From NCBI GenBank assembly GCA_004764695.1, contig SMSO01000007.1, forward strand, positions 1,054,001-1,118,000: a stretch of DNA of 64,000 nucleotides, written 5' to 3'. The position numbers and the translations under genes are program-made. This document shows positions 25,676 to 35,681 of this stretch, piece by piece. The notes beneath the pieces were generated by a model. The model did not search any database. It was not told the DNA's origin and saw only the letters and a list, made by a program, of their open reading frames with translations. This DNA comes from Schizochytrium sp. TIO01 (lineage: Eukaryota; Protista; Bigyra: Labyrinthulomycetes). Numbering within the stretch: position 1 is the first letter of the stretch; the number at the start of each line of letters is the position of its first letter.

Positions 25676-26028
25676 CTGTGAGTATAAATAAATCATTTTT
25701 GTTCATTAGTTGTCAGGAAAGACAGCTCCAGTCAGTGATTTGGTTGATTCCCTTTTCTTTTCTATTTCAAAATGTTGCCTCATAGAAAGTAATCACCTCT
25801 TCTTCGGCTGCTGTCTATCTAATTCTATAGAGATACTACTGAATAGATTTCCTGTTGTCCTTCCTTCTTCTCTTTAAAGAAGAAAAAGAAAAGAAAAGTT
25901 CATCTCCTTTCTAAATTACCCAACAACGTAGGTAGTACGAGCAGTGCTTTCGTTTTGATTCTGAACCCTACTAAAACACCGACCACTCAAATGAAAGTAA
26001 GATAGAGAGAAAAAGAGGAACCGTAGTA
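25126..26028 (-). repeat. Two tandem ~466-bp units, each an 84-nt LRR exon plus a conserved intron
   Basis: Introns 25210-25591 and 25676-26028 align along their length; similarity stops abruptly after CCGTAGTA at 26028. Confidence 0.92.
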
Positions 26029-26544
26029 ATGAAACGTGGTTATGATTACTTAGAGGTATTTGGGGAAATGTCTTAGGTGGTAGTAATTAGTTATTACTAT
26101 GGCTAGGATTGTCTTGTAGAATGTGCTTGATAAATTCAAGTGCTTCTGGTCGCTTTGGTATTTCGGGTCTGCCTGCAGGTTTTGCTTTGCAGACTCCTCT
26201 TGATGCTTGCTTGGTTCCCTTCATTCCCTGGTTGATTCCGGCGCAGTGTTGTACATCACCCATCATGCCATCGTGACACTTTTGTCCTGCTTTCGTCAGA
26301 TAGGTGCTCCTCTTAATCTTGCGAAGTCATGTCGCAGAGATGTGTCTGAATTCCTTCTCAGTAGCCTTCTTAGAACCTTCATCGTCATAGCCAAACTCTA
26401 GCTGACCAAATTTATCTCTTATCACTTCCCTTGAGCATCTTTGACTCACTCGAGATTCTCGCACATGCTTATCTTGAAACAGGTTGTTTAGAATCACCAA
26501 AAAACTCAAGAGACATAGCGTGCGAATACAAAACAAAGTCTTAG

Positions 26545-28599
26545 TTACTGTTTACGTTCTAGTTCTTTCTGGAGGTAGCTGATTTCCCATTCAGCCCACT
26601 TTGCAAAGTCATCAGGATCCATATCCTCCTTAAATTCAGCCTCACCAAAGCCGATAAACATTGGCTTCTTGCCTTTCTCATGATTGCACATAATATTGCG
26701 CCGATCTATATCGCCATGTAAAATCCCAAGTGAGTGAATCGACTTGAGAGCGGCTACCGCCTCTTCCTTAAACTTATCCGTAAGGTCGTCATCTGTAACG
26801 TGCTCGCCTGCAAAACTTAAACCAAGCCCGTACATGAACCCATCTTCAAACAATCCAAGACCAAGAAACTCTGGTACACACTTGCCTTGAAGCGGAAGCA
26901 AGGAATCGTAAACGATAGCTTCGAACCTGAGATGATCGACCAAATACGATTCCTTGAAAGTATCGAGCAACTTTAGTACAGCATCTACATCACCTTTGGT
27001 TGCATGCGGAATTTTACAGCGGGAGATTGTTCCCGGATCACCTTCCCAACGAAACGAGCCAAGGAACTCTTCGTCTTTCAGTTGGTGCAAAGATGTCCAA
27101 TCAGACCGAGGTGGGATTTTTTTATCTGGAGAGGGGGGAAACCCGTAGAACTCTGTGTCAGGTACTTCGAGACTAAAGACATCATCGTCATCGTTGATGT
27201 CCTGGTTAATTTCCTTGTAAACATCGTTTTCAGCCTTGCAGCGCCTGGGTAGCTGTTCATGTCTACACTCACTAGAGCAGGGCGTAAGGAGCGCCCCTTC
27301 GCTGTTTGTAAATTCTGGTACGCGGTTCTCTTTTGCGATCATAATACCCAGTGCTAGAAGCTGTGCTGCACTTAGACTGTTTCTGTCAATATCCCCCACG
27401 GCATCACATTTAACAGATGGTGTAATTAGCAGATTGCCAGCGCAATCACGAAAGAACAGAGCTGTATCGAAGTAGTTCGAGTAGATACCTACTAGAGATT
27501 TGTTGAACAACATCCAAGTGTACAATTTACGAATCACTGAGAACCTCGAATGACGTTGTGACGTGCAATCGACATCACGACAGTCATGATTGCAGTATTC
27601 ATCAGAAAGATCAACGTGATGGAATTCAGGTCTTTCAAGTGCACCAATGACCCAAGGTTTAAATTGATTCACATAGGGTTCTAAACCAATTGCAAAATCC
27701 ACTGGGCCCCATGTTTCGGTGTAGTCTCCAAAACGGTGGTTTGATGTCTTAGGCACTTGCTCAATTCCTCCGTCTTTAAGAATGTCAAGTACTGCTCCCA
27801 AGAGAAAAGACATATGTGGGATTATTGAAGATGCACCTGCGGTACTTATATCCTTGAGGTACTGTATTGAGGATTCTAGCGAAATCGTGGTTCGGCTTGC
27901 CTGTAAAGTTTCGATGTACCCAGCATCACGACAGTAGTTTAGTAAAGTTTTCATCTCCAATTTACGAACATGCATGGGTGACGCATGGTTTTCAGAAGTA
28001 TCAGTGGAGCACTTTACTTGTAACTCTTTACGAGGCAACTGGGGAGTTGCACTGGAGAGTGCCTGGAATACTGAGCTTTTATTATTATGAAAGGAATTAT
28101 ATGCAGCCTCGCTCCTACGAATTCCATAGAGGCTCTCATACATGTCCGTTTCGTTTGTTATTATTTCCTTCTGAATGTACCTGAGTCTTATATCGAGACG
28201 CGCACCTCTTTTCTCGGCGCGTCGAATCTGCGAGCATAAGTCCATTGCAGATTCCAAACATTCTCTTTCAAGTCTGGAGTGCTCTTCAGGTTGCTCTTCC
28301 ATATCTTTCTTAGTTCCGGACCGTTCAGAACGCAGCTCGCTTCGGGTGAGCGCACAGTCTTCATTGGGGGGATTCTCCAGAATTCTCTTCTTAAGTCTTG
28401 CAATATCTTTTGTACAGGATATGCGTTTGGCCTTTAGGTTCTCGAACTTTGCGACATCGCTAGAATGCACAGATATCGAATGTCTTAAGAAAGGGTCTTC
28501 GGCATACGACACTTTTGAGCTAGCGGAGCGTGTATTCACACGCCCTACCCAGGTCCTGGGCAATGGGGGGGGCGAGCTGATTGTGACAAACCGCCTCAT
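26545..28599 (-). CDS. Crinkler-type REase-fold plus atypical kinase effector with degenerate catalytic motifs
   Basis: Paralog of 31089-33665: VDFAIG..GALER..SVIRKLYTWM..VGIYSNY..FFRD; kinase FEAIVYDSLLPLQGKCVPEFLG, IHSLGILHGDIDRRNIM, and FIGFG where the paralog has FIDFS. Confidence 0.75.
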   Translation of the reverse strand: MRRFVTISSPPPLPRTWVGRVNTRSASSKVSYAEDPFLRHSISVHSSDVAKFENLKAKRISCTKDIARLKKRILENPPNEDCALTRSELRSERSGTKKDMEEQPEEHSRLERECLESAMDLCSQIRRAEKRGARLDIRLRYIQKEIITNETDMYESLYGIRRSEAAYNSFHNNKSSVFQALSSATPQLPRKELQVKCSTDTSENHASPMHVRKLEMKTLLNYCRDAGYIETLQASRTTISLESSIQYLKDISTAGASSIIPHMSFLLGAVLDILKDGGIEQVPKTSNHRFGDYTETWGPVDFAIGLEPYVNQFKPWVIGALERPEFHHVDLSDEYCNHDCRDVDCTSQRHSRFSVIRKLYTWMLFNKSLVGIYSNYFDTALFFRDCAGNLLITPSVKCDAVGDIDRNSLSAAQLLALGIMIAKENRVPEFTNSEGALLTPCSSECRHEQLPRRCKAENDVYKEINQDINDDDDVFSLEVPDTEFYGFPPSPDKKIPPRSDWTSLHQLKDEEFLGSFRWEGDPGTISRCKIPHATKGDVDAVLKLLDTFKESYLVDHLRFEAIVYDSLLPLQGKCVPEFLGLGLFEDGFMYGLGLSFAGEHVTDDDLTDKFKEEAVAALKSIHSLGILHGDIDRRNIMCNHEKGKKPMFIGFGEAEFKEDMDPDDFAKWAEWEISYLQKELERKQ

Positions 28600-31088
28600 G
28601 GCTTGAATTGAAGCTAATTTGGGGTTTGCTTTCTGCAGGTGCTGCCAACAAATTGTTCTAGCTATTTCTTTTTTTTAAAATCGAAATTTATCAACTTGAA
28701 TTTGAATGATTATTAAAATATATATTAATTTAAAAGACATTGATTTTAGTTTGAAATGTTATTCACAAGGTACACTATTATTTTTAATCAGATTTAAAAA
28801 AACATTTTTTTTTTAAAAATTAAAGGTTTAATGTATATAATATACGCCTATATGCTGATGCAAATCGTGAAATGTTGTATTTACCATACTGCAGTCGGTT
28901 TACGCTCTTAATCTCTCCGACTAACGCGGGGCCAGTCGAGAGTATACTACTAGGCAGTCCTAATAGCTCGGACCTCATTATATGAGGTACTCTTTTTGTT
29001 TTGTTTTTTATTTACAGGTGCTTTTTTTCTATCTTCTAAATATTTTATTTTTAATTTTTAAAATTAAGAGTTAGGCAGTAACTCAAACCACAGCAATCAC
29101 GCACTACCCGGCAAGAGCAAATCTAAAAGATGTTATATTTCAACCCAAGGAGTTGACTCTGACAAGTGAGAGCGTGGTTAACTTGTTACCTCTGACTAGT
29201 GAGAGCGCCTTCGCCGTTATCCCCGAATGCTTCTGTTCTGAAGGCTGCCTAACAAGAATGACAATCTTTATACGAAGCCTCTCTAGACGACCAATAGTGC
29301 GCTAGTGCAGAGTACTCCTCGAGAGGTTGCGTGTGTGTATGCCATGCGCATTTTCTCCACCGTGTTGTTGCTTGTGATGACGTCGAGTGGGTATCTTTAA
29401 AAAAGAAAAATGTTTTAATTTTATAAATTAAAAAAATAATAAAGAATAAGAAGGAGATGTCATAGCTTTCTTTTGTCTGCCACAATATTCCCCAAACTCA
29501 ACGTGAGGTTTAACATAATTTCAGATTAGGTAGGAAGGAAGGCCTATCAAAAACACTGGGAGATTGAATGTAAATTTTGGAAAGAAAAAAGAAAGAAAGA
29601 AAACTTGAATGTCTGAACAATGTTTACATCTTTTATGCTAATAGGAAATAGTTTTCTTTACTTTTCAAACTGTAAAGACTTTGTCTTCTTTTCAACGTAG
29701 GTGTGCATTTTCCTCCCGAGGGAGGGACTTGAGCTACCCAATTGGGAATCCTGATGTGCCTTCTGGTAGAGTATGCAGAGCTGTTGCAGCATGGGCAATA
29801 CCTAATGAGTGAGCTCAACACTCAATTGCTTATTAAGATAGTGGCCCTGGCAAATGGAACTCGAACGCACAAATAGCGTCAGCGCCCTTGAATTTATGAG
29901 TTGTCGGACGTGCACTTGTCACGAACGAAAGACTTTTGAAAGTCAAGGACTCGAAAAGTACAACCAAATTCATAAAGCCAGTGTTCGTGAATCAATGGCC
30001 ATATCATGTGGGCGGTTTGAAGTAGTTCTGACTCTCTAGAATTCAAACACGAAGGACACTTACTGACAGTGTCTATGTTGACTGGACTTTGACCTTCTAA
30101 TTTAGTGACTTAAAGGACCTAAGTTTAATTGAGAATTTCTGCAAAATTCGTAAAAACGAGTTAATGTGTAGCAATGCAGATCTGATGTTTAGTTTAGGCT
30201 CCTTTGACAATCGCCCTTTTAAAAAAGAAAAGAATAAAAGAATAAAGAGAGAATCAGTGAAAGGGAGAGTCTTCATTCGGCAACGTCATTCAGAATATGC
30301 GCTACCCAATCTTTATAATCATGCTTGGAGTGAATGAAGGACTTGAATTAGATTTTAATTATAAAGTTATACTCAAAAGTAGTCTAGTCGAAAAAGGTCG
30401 AGCTTTATTTAAAACTTAATTTTAAATTAAATGAAACAAATTCTTGTTAAAAAAAAATAATTAAAAGTGTTGAGAGGTGACATTGAACATAAGCTTCTTC
30501 TCTTCAATTAATTGCTTTTGAGAGCGCCTGATCACTCACACCAACTTCAAGACGTCTTATCAGGAGATGAAATGAATCAGGATGAGGGGAAACAAGAATT
30601 GGGAATGGTAGGGAAAGGGGGGGTTCAAGGAGAGGGCAAATTCTCATTTCGAAAAAGAAAGTACCCTCGAAAACAATAAGTCGAGAGAAAGAAAATTTGC
30701 GGTCGGCCATCTTAGATGTCACCTCTGAAAAAGTTTTACTTTTGTCATTTCATTTCTTTCGAGGTAAAAGATTTTCGATCTCTCTTCCCTTAAAAGATTT
30801 TTGAGGTACGCAAATGGAAAGATCGCTTTCGGGTTCTGGTAAAGCTGAAAGGGGGAAAGGACAATCACGCTTGCTCGAGCAAAACGAATGTCCCTCTCAA
30901 ATTGAAGCACGCGTAATTGACACGTTTGGATTTCCATCGATCGAGCACGTCGCGTGTTATTCTGAGCTCTGTTGGTCTGGCTAGATCTAGGATGCGTAAT
31001 CTCTTGTTGAGTGAAAGTGGGTGTTTTTCGTTGCAGGTAAATCCGGAATTCTGTCAGCACGTGCAGAGTTGAAGAAGATAAAACAAGG

Positions 31089-33665
31089 ATGGCTCTGCGC
31101 CCCGAGAAGCCGTCGAATCTCGTACGGAGACCTTCAACGAGGTCTATCGTTGGTGCTTTTGAGAGAGTGTTGACTGTTTCTCGGAATTTGCAAGAGAAAA
31201 CTGGTGAATTGGCTTCGAAATTGAAAGTCTCGAGGCACGAAATTCGACCTTCCATTAATCCTTCCTTGGCCCTGGCCATTGATGCTGCAGTGAGAGGAGA
31301 CGAAAAAGCACAGAAGATTGTACGAGAGAGTGAATCCAAAGTTCCTCTGTGTCAGAAAAGGGCGGTCGCGGCGTACACAGCCGCAAGCCACTCTCTCTTT
31401 CGTGTCCTTGCAGACACTGCAGCACTGGAGGAAACAAAGACAGAGTGTGCACTCTTAGTCTCTCAGGCACTCTCCCTTTTCCAAGTTGTTGAAGGTAAGC
31501 AAAACCCGAACACGATTGATAGGCCGTCCATTAGTGAAATCGTTAAGAGTGTGAAAGGGCTTGAAACGAGGCAAGAAGAAGAAGAAGAAGAAGAAGAAGA
31601 AAAGGAGAAAGCAATGCCCTTTCCTCGTCTCTCAAGAAAGAAAGCCAAGCACGGCTTGTCTGCGCCCCTTCACGCGAAAGGGGACGGGACCACTCGGGAT
31701 CAACGTGTTCGAAAGGCGGGAGGCGGAGACGGAATGGCGAGCAACCGACTTAGCACGAGCAGTCGCTCATCGCAGCGAACTGACAACGCGGGGATGCTTA
31801 ACCGACTTGCCCTCTATCATGACCGTCTAAAAACTGAACAAGCTAGACTTCGAGAACTTGAAAAAGATTTGAAAGAGCTGAAAAAGGAGCTACCTGACGG
31901 TGCTGCTCTTGTCCTTGATGATGTTTTAAATGGGGACGTTCCGTTTAAGAATGCAAGAAAAGACGTGAAGGAAAATACGAATTTAGAGGATCGAGAAAGG
32001 GTTCTTTTTCTTGACGCTCTGCGCATAGCATCTGATATGAAGGAAGCCCGAGCTAAAATCGAGAAAACCGAGGGAAAGATTGAGGAATTTGAGTCTGGAG
32101 GCGGTGAAGAAGGAGAAAGCAATTGGCACTTCTCCGGATCAGTTTGGGAATCCCTTGGGTGCGCTTTACCTGAAATTACTCACGATCCTTCTTTACCCGT
32201 ATCAAACACGAATATCTCAAATACGGATAACTATCCTTTTGCCCCGAAGACTGTCCAGGGGATTGACTGGGATAATTTCATGGCATACTGCGCAGATAAA
32301 GGATATTTGGAAAAACTTCAGCAAGAATCAACTAATGAAAGTGTTGGTGATTTACTTGAGAGGTCAATGCGCTCTCTTTATATAAAGTCTGAGAGTTCCG
32401 TTGGACTTTGTTTTTCACAAGTTTTCCAAGCAGTCATCTCTACTCTAGACTTCATTCCAAAAAACCTCCGCTACACGTCTGACAAGTCCTCGACGGGTGG
32501 TCTTCGACCAGATTTTATTATTGGTACCGTCAGAGATGGGGTTACAGTACCTATAAATCCCTTGCTTGTGGGTGAACTGAAGAGTTACAGTTCAGATTCT
32601 GAACCATTTTATTTCCGTTGGTGTGAAAGGAATGGACATGACCCTGAACAATGCCCTAATCGTGCTCATTCTGAGAGGCACACGAATGTGTCCCCAATTA
32701 GACAGTTGTATAACTACATGGTCGACTCTGGCAAGTTTGTTGGTGTTTACTCCCACTATGGCTGTACTGCGGCATTCTTCCGTGACTGTAAAGGCACTCT
32801 TGTTACAACACCGATGCTCCCTGACGACTCTGCTCCAATGAGCGTGCCACAGTTGCTCGCCTTGGTTATCATGATTGCCATGTCTGAGGAGGTGCCGGAA
32901 TTTTACGACGGTAAAAGGCCCATTTTGGTGCCATGCGAAGGTACAAGAAGTTGCAAAGGTGTCAATCATCCCCATACCAGTCTACCTGATGACTGTAAGT
33001 GGGCAGAGGACGATCTCAAGCGTAGCGCTAAACCTAGAACAGGAGCCACTGCAACGAGAAGGGCGGCGAACAAGTCCCTTTACAAAAAGCATGACACTCC
33101 CATCACCTGGGATGATCTCTACAACTGCAAGTACATTTCTGACTGCTACACAGGTAACGCAGTTGAGTGTGAGATCATGGGCGAGCGAGCAGTGGTTAAA
33201 TACAACGATTTCGGCGATCACGAAGATGCTGATGAGCGTCTTGACCAGATTGATTTTGAAGCTGAAGTCTACGCAAACTTGTCTGACTTGCAGGGGGATT
33301 GTATTCCCAAATACCTGGGCCATGGCTCCATTACCGATACTGATGGATCCCAGTATGGTTTTGCTACCTCTTATGCAGGTGAGGCACTCTCGTATGAATC
33401 TCTTGATTCTCTCACTGAAGAGTTCAAGGCAAGCGTCAAGGATGCCCTAGACAAGATACACGCGCGTGGTGTTTTACATGGCGACCTGAGACTTCCGAAC
33501 ATCCTGAAGTCGAAGGACGATCCCGAGAAGGCAGTTTTTATCGACTTCAGTCATTCAGGGATCTATGACGACCCTGATGATCAGTTCTTTCAAGACCACG
33601 CAAGGCTTGAGAAGGAGAACCTCGTCAAGCTCTTGAAAGGCGAAAAAATCAAACAAGTTTTTTGA
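31089..33665 (+). CDS. Crinkler-type PD-(D/E)xK nuclease plus atypical kinase effector (alternative start 31614)
   Basis: Coiled coil; RPDFIIG..VGELKS..PIRQLYNYM..GVYSHY; kinase AVVK, FEAEVYANLSDLQGDCIPKYLG, IHARGVLHGDLRLPNIL, VFIDFSHS. Confidence 0.8.
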   Translation: MALRPEKPSNLVRRPSTRSIVGAFERVLTVSRNLQEKTGELASKLKVSRHEIRPSINPSLALAIDAAVRGDEKAQKIVRESESKVPLCQKRAVAAYTAASHSLFRVLADTAALEETKTECALLVSQALSLFQVVEGKQNPNTIDRPSISEIVKSVKGLETRQEEEEEEEEEKEKAMPFPRLSRKKAKHGLSAPLHAKGDGTTRDQRVRKAGGGDGMASNRLSTSSRSSQRTDNAGMLNRLALYHDRLKTEQARLRELEKDLKELKKELPDGAALVLDDVLNGDVPFKNARKDVKENTNLEDRERVLFLDALRIASDMKEARAKIEKTEGKIEEFESGGGEEGESNWHFSGSVWESLGCALPEITHDPSLPVSNTNISNTDNYPFAPKTVQGIDWDNFMAYCADKGYLEKLQQESTNESVGDLLERSMRSLYIKSESSVGLCFSQVFQAVISTLDFIPKNLRYTSDKSSTGGLRPDFIIGTVRDGVTVPINPLLVGELKSYSSDSEPFYFRWCERNGHDPEQCPNRAHSERHTNVSPIRQLYNYMVDSGKFVGVYSHYGCTAAFFRDCKGTLVTTPMLPDDSAPMSVPQLLALVIMIAMSEEVPEFYDGKRPILVPCEGTRSCKGVNHPHTSLPDDCKWAEDDLKRSAKPRTGATATRRAANKSLYKKHDTPITWDDLYNCKYISDCYTGNAVECEIMGERAVVKYNDFGDHEDADERLDQIDFEAEVYANLSDLQGDCIPKYLGHGSITDTDGSQYGFATSYAGEALSYESLDSLTEEFKASVKDALDKIHARGVLHGDLRLPNILKSKDDPEKAVFIDFSHSGIYDDPDDQFFQDHARLEKENLVKLLKGEKIKQVF

Positions 33666-33771
33666 ACACTCACAAGTTAATAACCCCTAACTCATGAAAA
33701 GAAGAAGAAGAAGAAGAAATAATCAATGTTTGTTTTGTTTCCAATCCATTTTATAATAAAATGCTACTTAG

Positions 33772-33887
33772 TTAGGTTACGGAGAGGATCTCTCGCAAGT
33801 GATTTTCCACTGCAGAACTTGTGTACTCACTGAACCGCCGCTTGTCTTTGGATTGATGGCAAGTTTCGAACAATGCCAACGGATCCA

Positions 33888-33928
<41 letters not shown>

Positions 33929-34530
33929 ACTTTAGTCGCTTCGGCGTAGTCTTGGGAGGGTCCAAGCAATGGAATTGGGCCTGGGACAAAGGAGTTAAGT
34001 AGCCACGAAAAGAGCACACGAGCGGTCCTTCCATTGCCAAATGCAAAGGGTTTGAGAAACAGGAACCTTGCTGTGAATTCTGTCGCAACGTGCAAAGCAT
34101 CTTGCAATGCGGCGGCTTCTACATCTTTTACATCTTGCTTTCCTGTGATCGAGAAAGGCGTGGTTTGGTATTTTATAATGAGATTCCTCAGTGCACGATC
34201 AAGAAGCCCAGGGGTTGGATGAACAAGAGGAATTCTTGTCAAATCACAGCTAATTTGGTGACGCCTGAATGAGAATGCGGATGCACTTCGCAATTTGCTG
34301 CTGCTGTGGGGCTGGCCGAGGATGATTGCGTTAAGTTTGCAGAGAAACGAAAAGGAAAGGCCGCCATCATAATGCATTGCGAACTTGTAAGCTTCAACGA
34401 GGTTGGTTCTGTTTTTTTCTTCGGTTTCCAGGGCTACTCGCTGTAAAAACCAAGTTATCAAGGGGCCGTTTTGCAGTTCGCAGCGACTCCTTGCTTCTCG
34501 CGCTAGTTCACTCAAGTCAAGGCCGGTCAT
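33772..34530 (-). CDS. Fic/Fido-domain protein with non-canonical motif
   Basis: FLFLKPFAFGNGRTARVL versus the Fic consensus HPFx(D/E)GNGRxxR; upstream helix LCKLNAIIL. Confidence 0.82.
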
Positions 34531-34698
34531 TTTTCTGTTGTTGTTTTGTTTTGTTTTTGTAGATTTGCTTGGTTGATGAAAGAAGTGCAGAGAAAATTAA
34601 ATTTGTTCGTTCTTCTTCTTGATTTGACTATTTTCTAATGAATAAAAGCGCGTTGGTTCTTTTATTTTCATGTTTTTGCTTCCTTGTTATATATTAAA

Positions 34699-35139
34699 TT
34701 AAACCCAAGGTTCCATTCGTTCTCTGGAGAGCCGCACGTCAAAAATGACACCATCGTTCGCACCGGTAATCAAGGTGCTAGAGAGTGTGACATCAAAGAG
34801 ATAATTGCCGTAAGAAATGTCCTGCTTTTGGATGTCTCCTAGACAGTCAATGTCTAGCTCAGGGAGGCAAATTTCGCCTAGAAAGCCGCGCAGCCGGGCT
34901 GGTGCAATGTAAACTCTATCTCCATCTTCTTCAATTAAGGCAAGATCAGACTCTTCAAGAGGGAGTACCTCGTGCGCAGCAGGGGAAACGCACATGGCCA
35001 CTTTGGCATTATCATACTTGTACGCAAATAGAACGACCGTCTCACTAAGCAACTCAAGAGAGTATTCAATGTTGTCCTGATGAAATCCAACATCTTCTTC
35101 CTTTTCGTAATCCACGTAGAAATTCGGTAGCCAAGCCAT
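34699..35139 (-). CDS. Hypothetical acidic protein (146 aa)
   Basis: ATG at 35139 follows an A-rich leader; protein-like composition; no recognised motif. Confidence 0.6.
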   Translation of the reverse strand: MAWLPNFYVDYEKEEDVGFHQDNIEYSLELLSETVVLFAYKYDNAKVAMCVSPAAHEVLPLEESDLALIEEDGDRVYIAPARLRGFLGEICLPELDIDCLGDIQKQDISYGNYLFDVTLSSTLITGANDGVIFDVRLSRERMEPWV

Positions 35140-35681
35140 TTGTTTTCTGGGTCTGGTACGTTTGTTTTCTTCTTCTTGTTTTGGTTCTACATTTCTCTTG
35201 GGTTTGGGACGGTTCTGCAGTGGATTGCTTGGAAACATGGCAACAATAAACGCGCACGCCCAACACAAAGGGAATAAATCAGAACAAATTTGGGTTTTGC
35301 TTGGTCATTTTACAATTTTGTCCTATATCAAAGTTATCCTAGTGTAAACCCTATCAACCTCATGAGTAAGAATATGTACTTCCAGGAGTCCCACCTGCTT
35401 GAACCATTCTCGACGCCACAACTATATAATACTACTGGACTGTTACCTTTGATTCATCGACTAAGTTGTCTCCTACTATAAACTCTAGTATGAAAAATAA
35501 CTCGAGTGGTGTGTTCAGAACAGTTAGGGAACAGTCGAATCGACAGGTCGAATCGGTCGATAGAGTCGATTCGACTCAATCGACTGGTCGAATCGGTCGT
35601 TCTCTATAGTGGAACGATATAGAACACATCAGAATTCAATCCAAAGGGCCAAAAAGTCGAGTCAAACAGACCAAAAAAACC

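Noticed and set aside
24699-25785. Short stand-alone ORFs (24699-25109, 24769-25146, 25028-25240, 25491-25706, 25570-25785)
   Set aside because: Better explained as exon, intron and antisense pieces of the spliced LRR-kinase gene.
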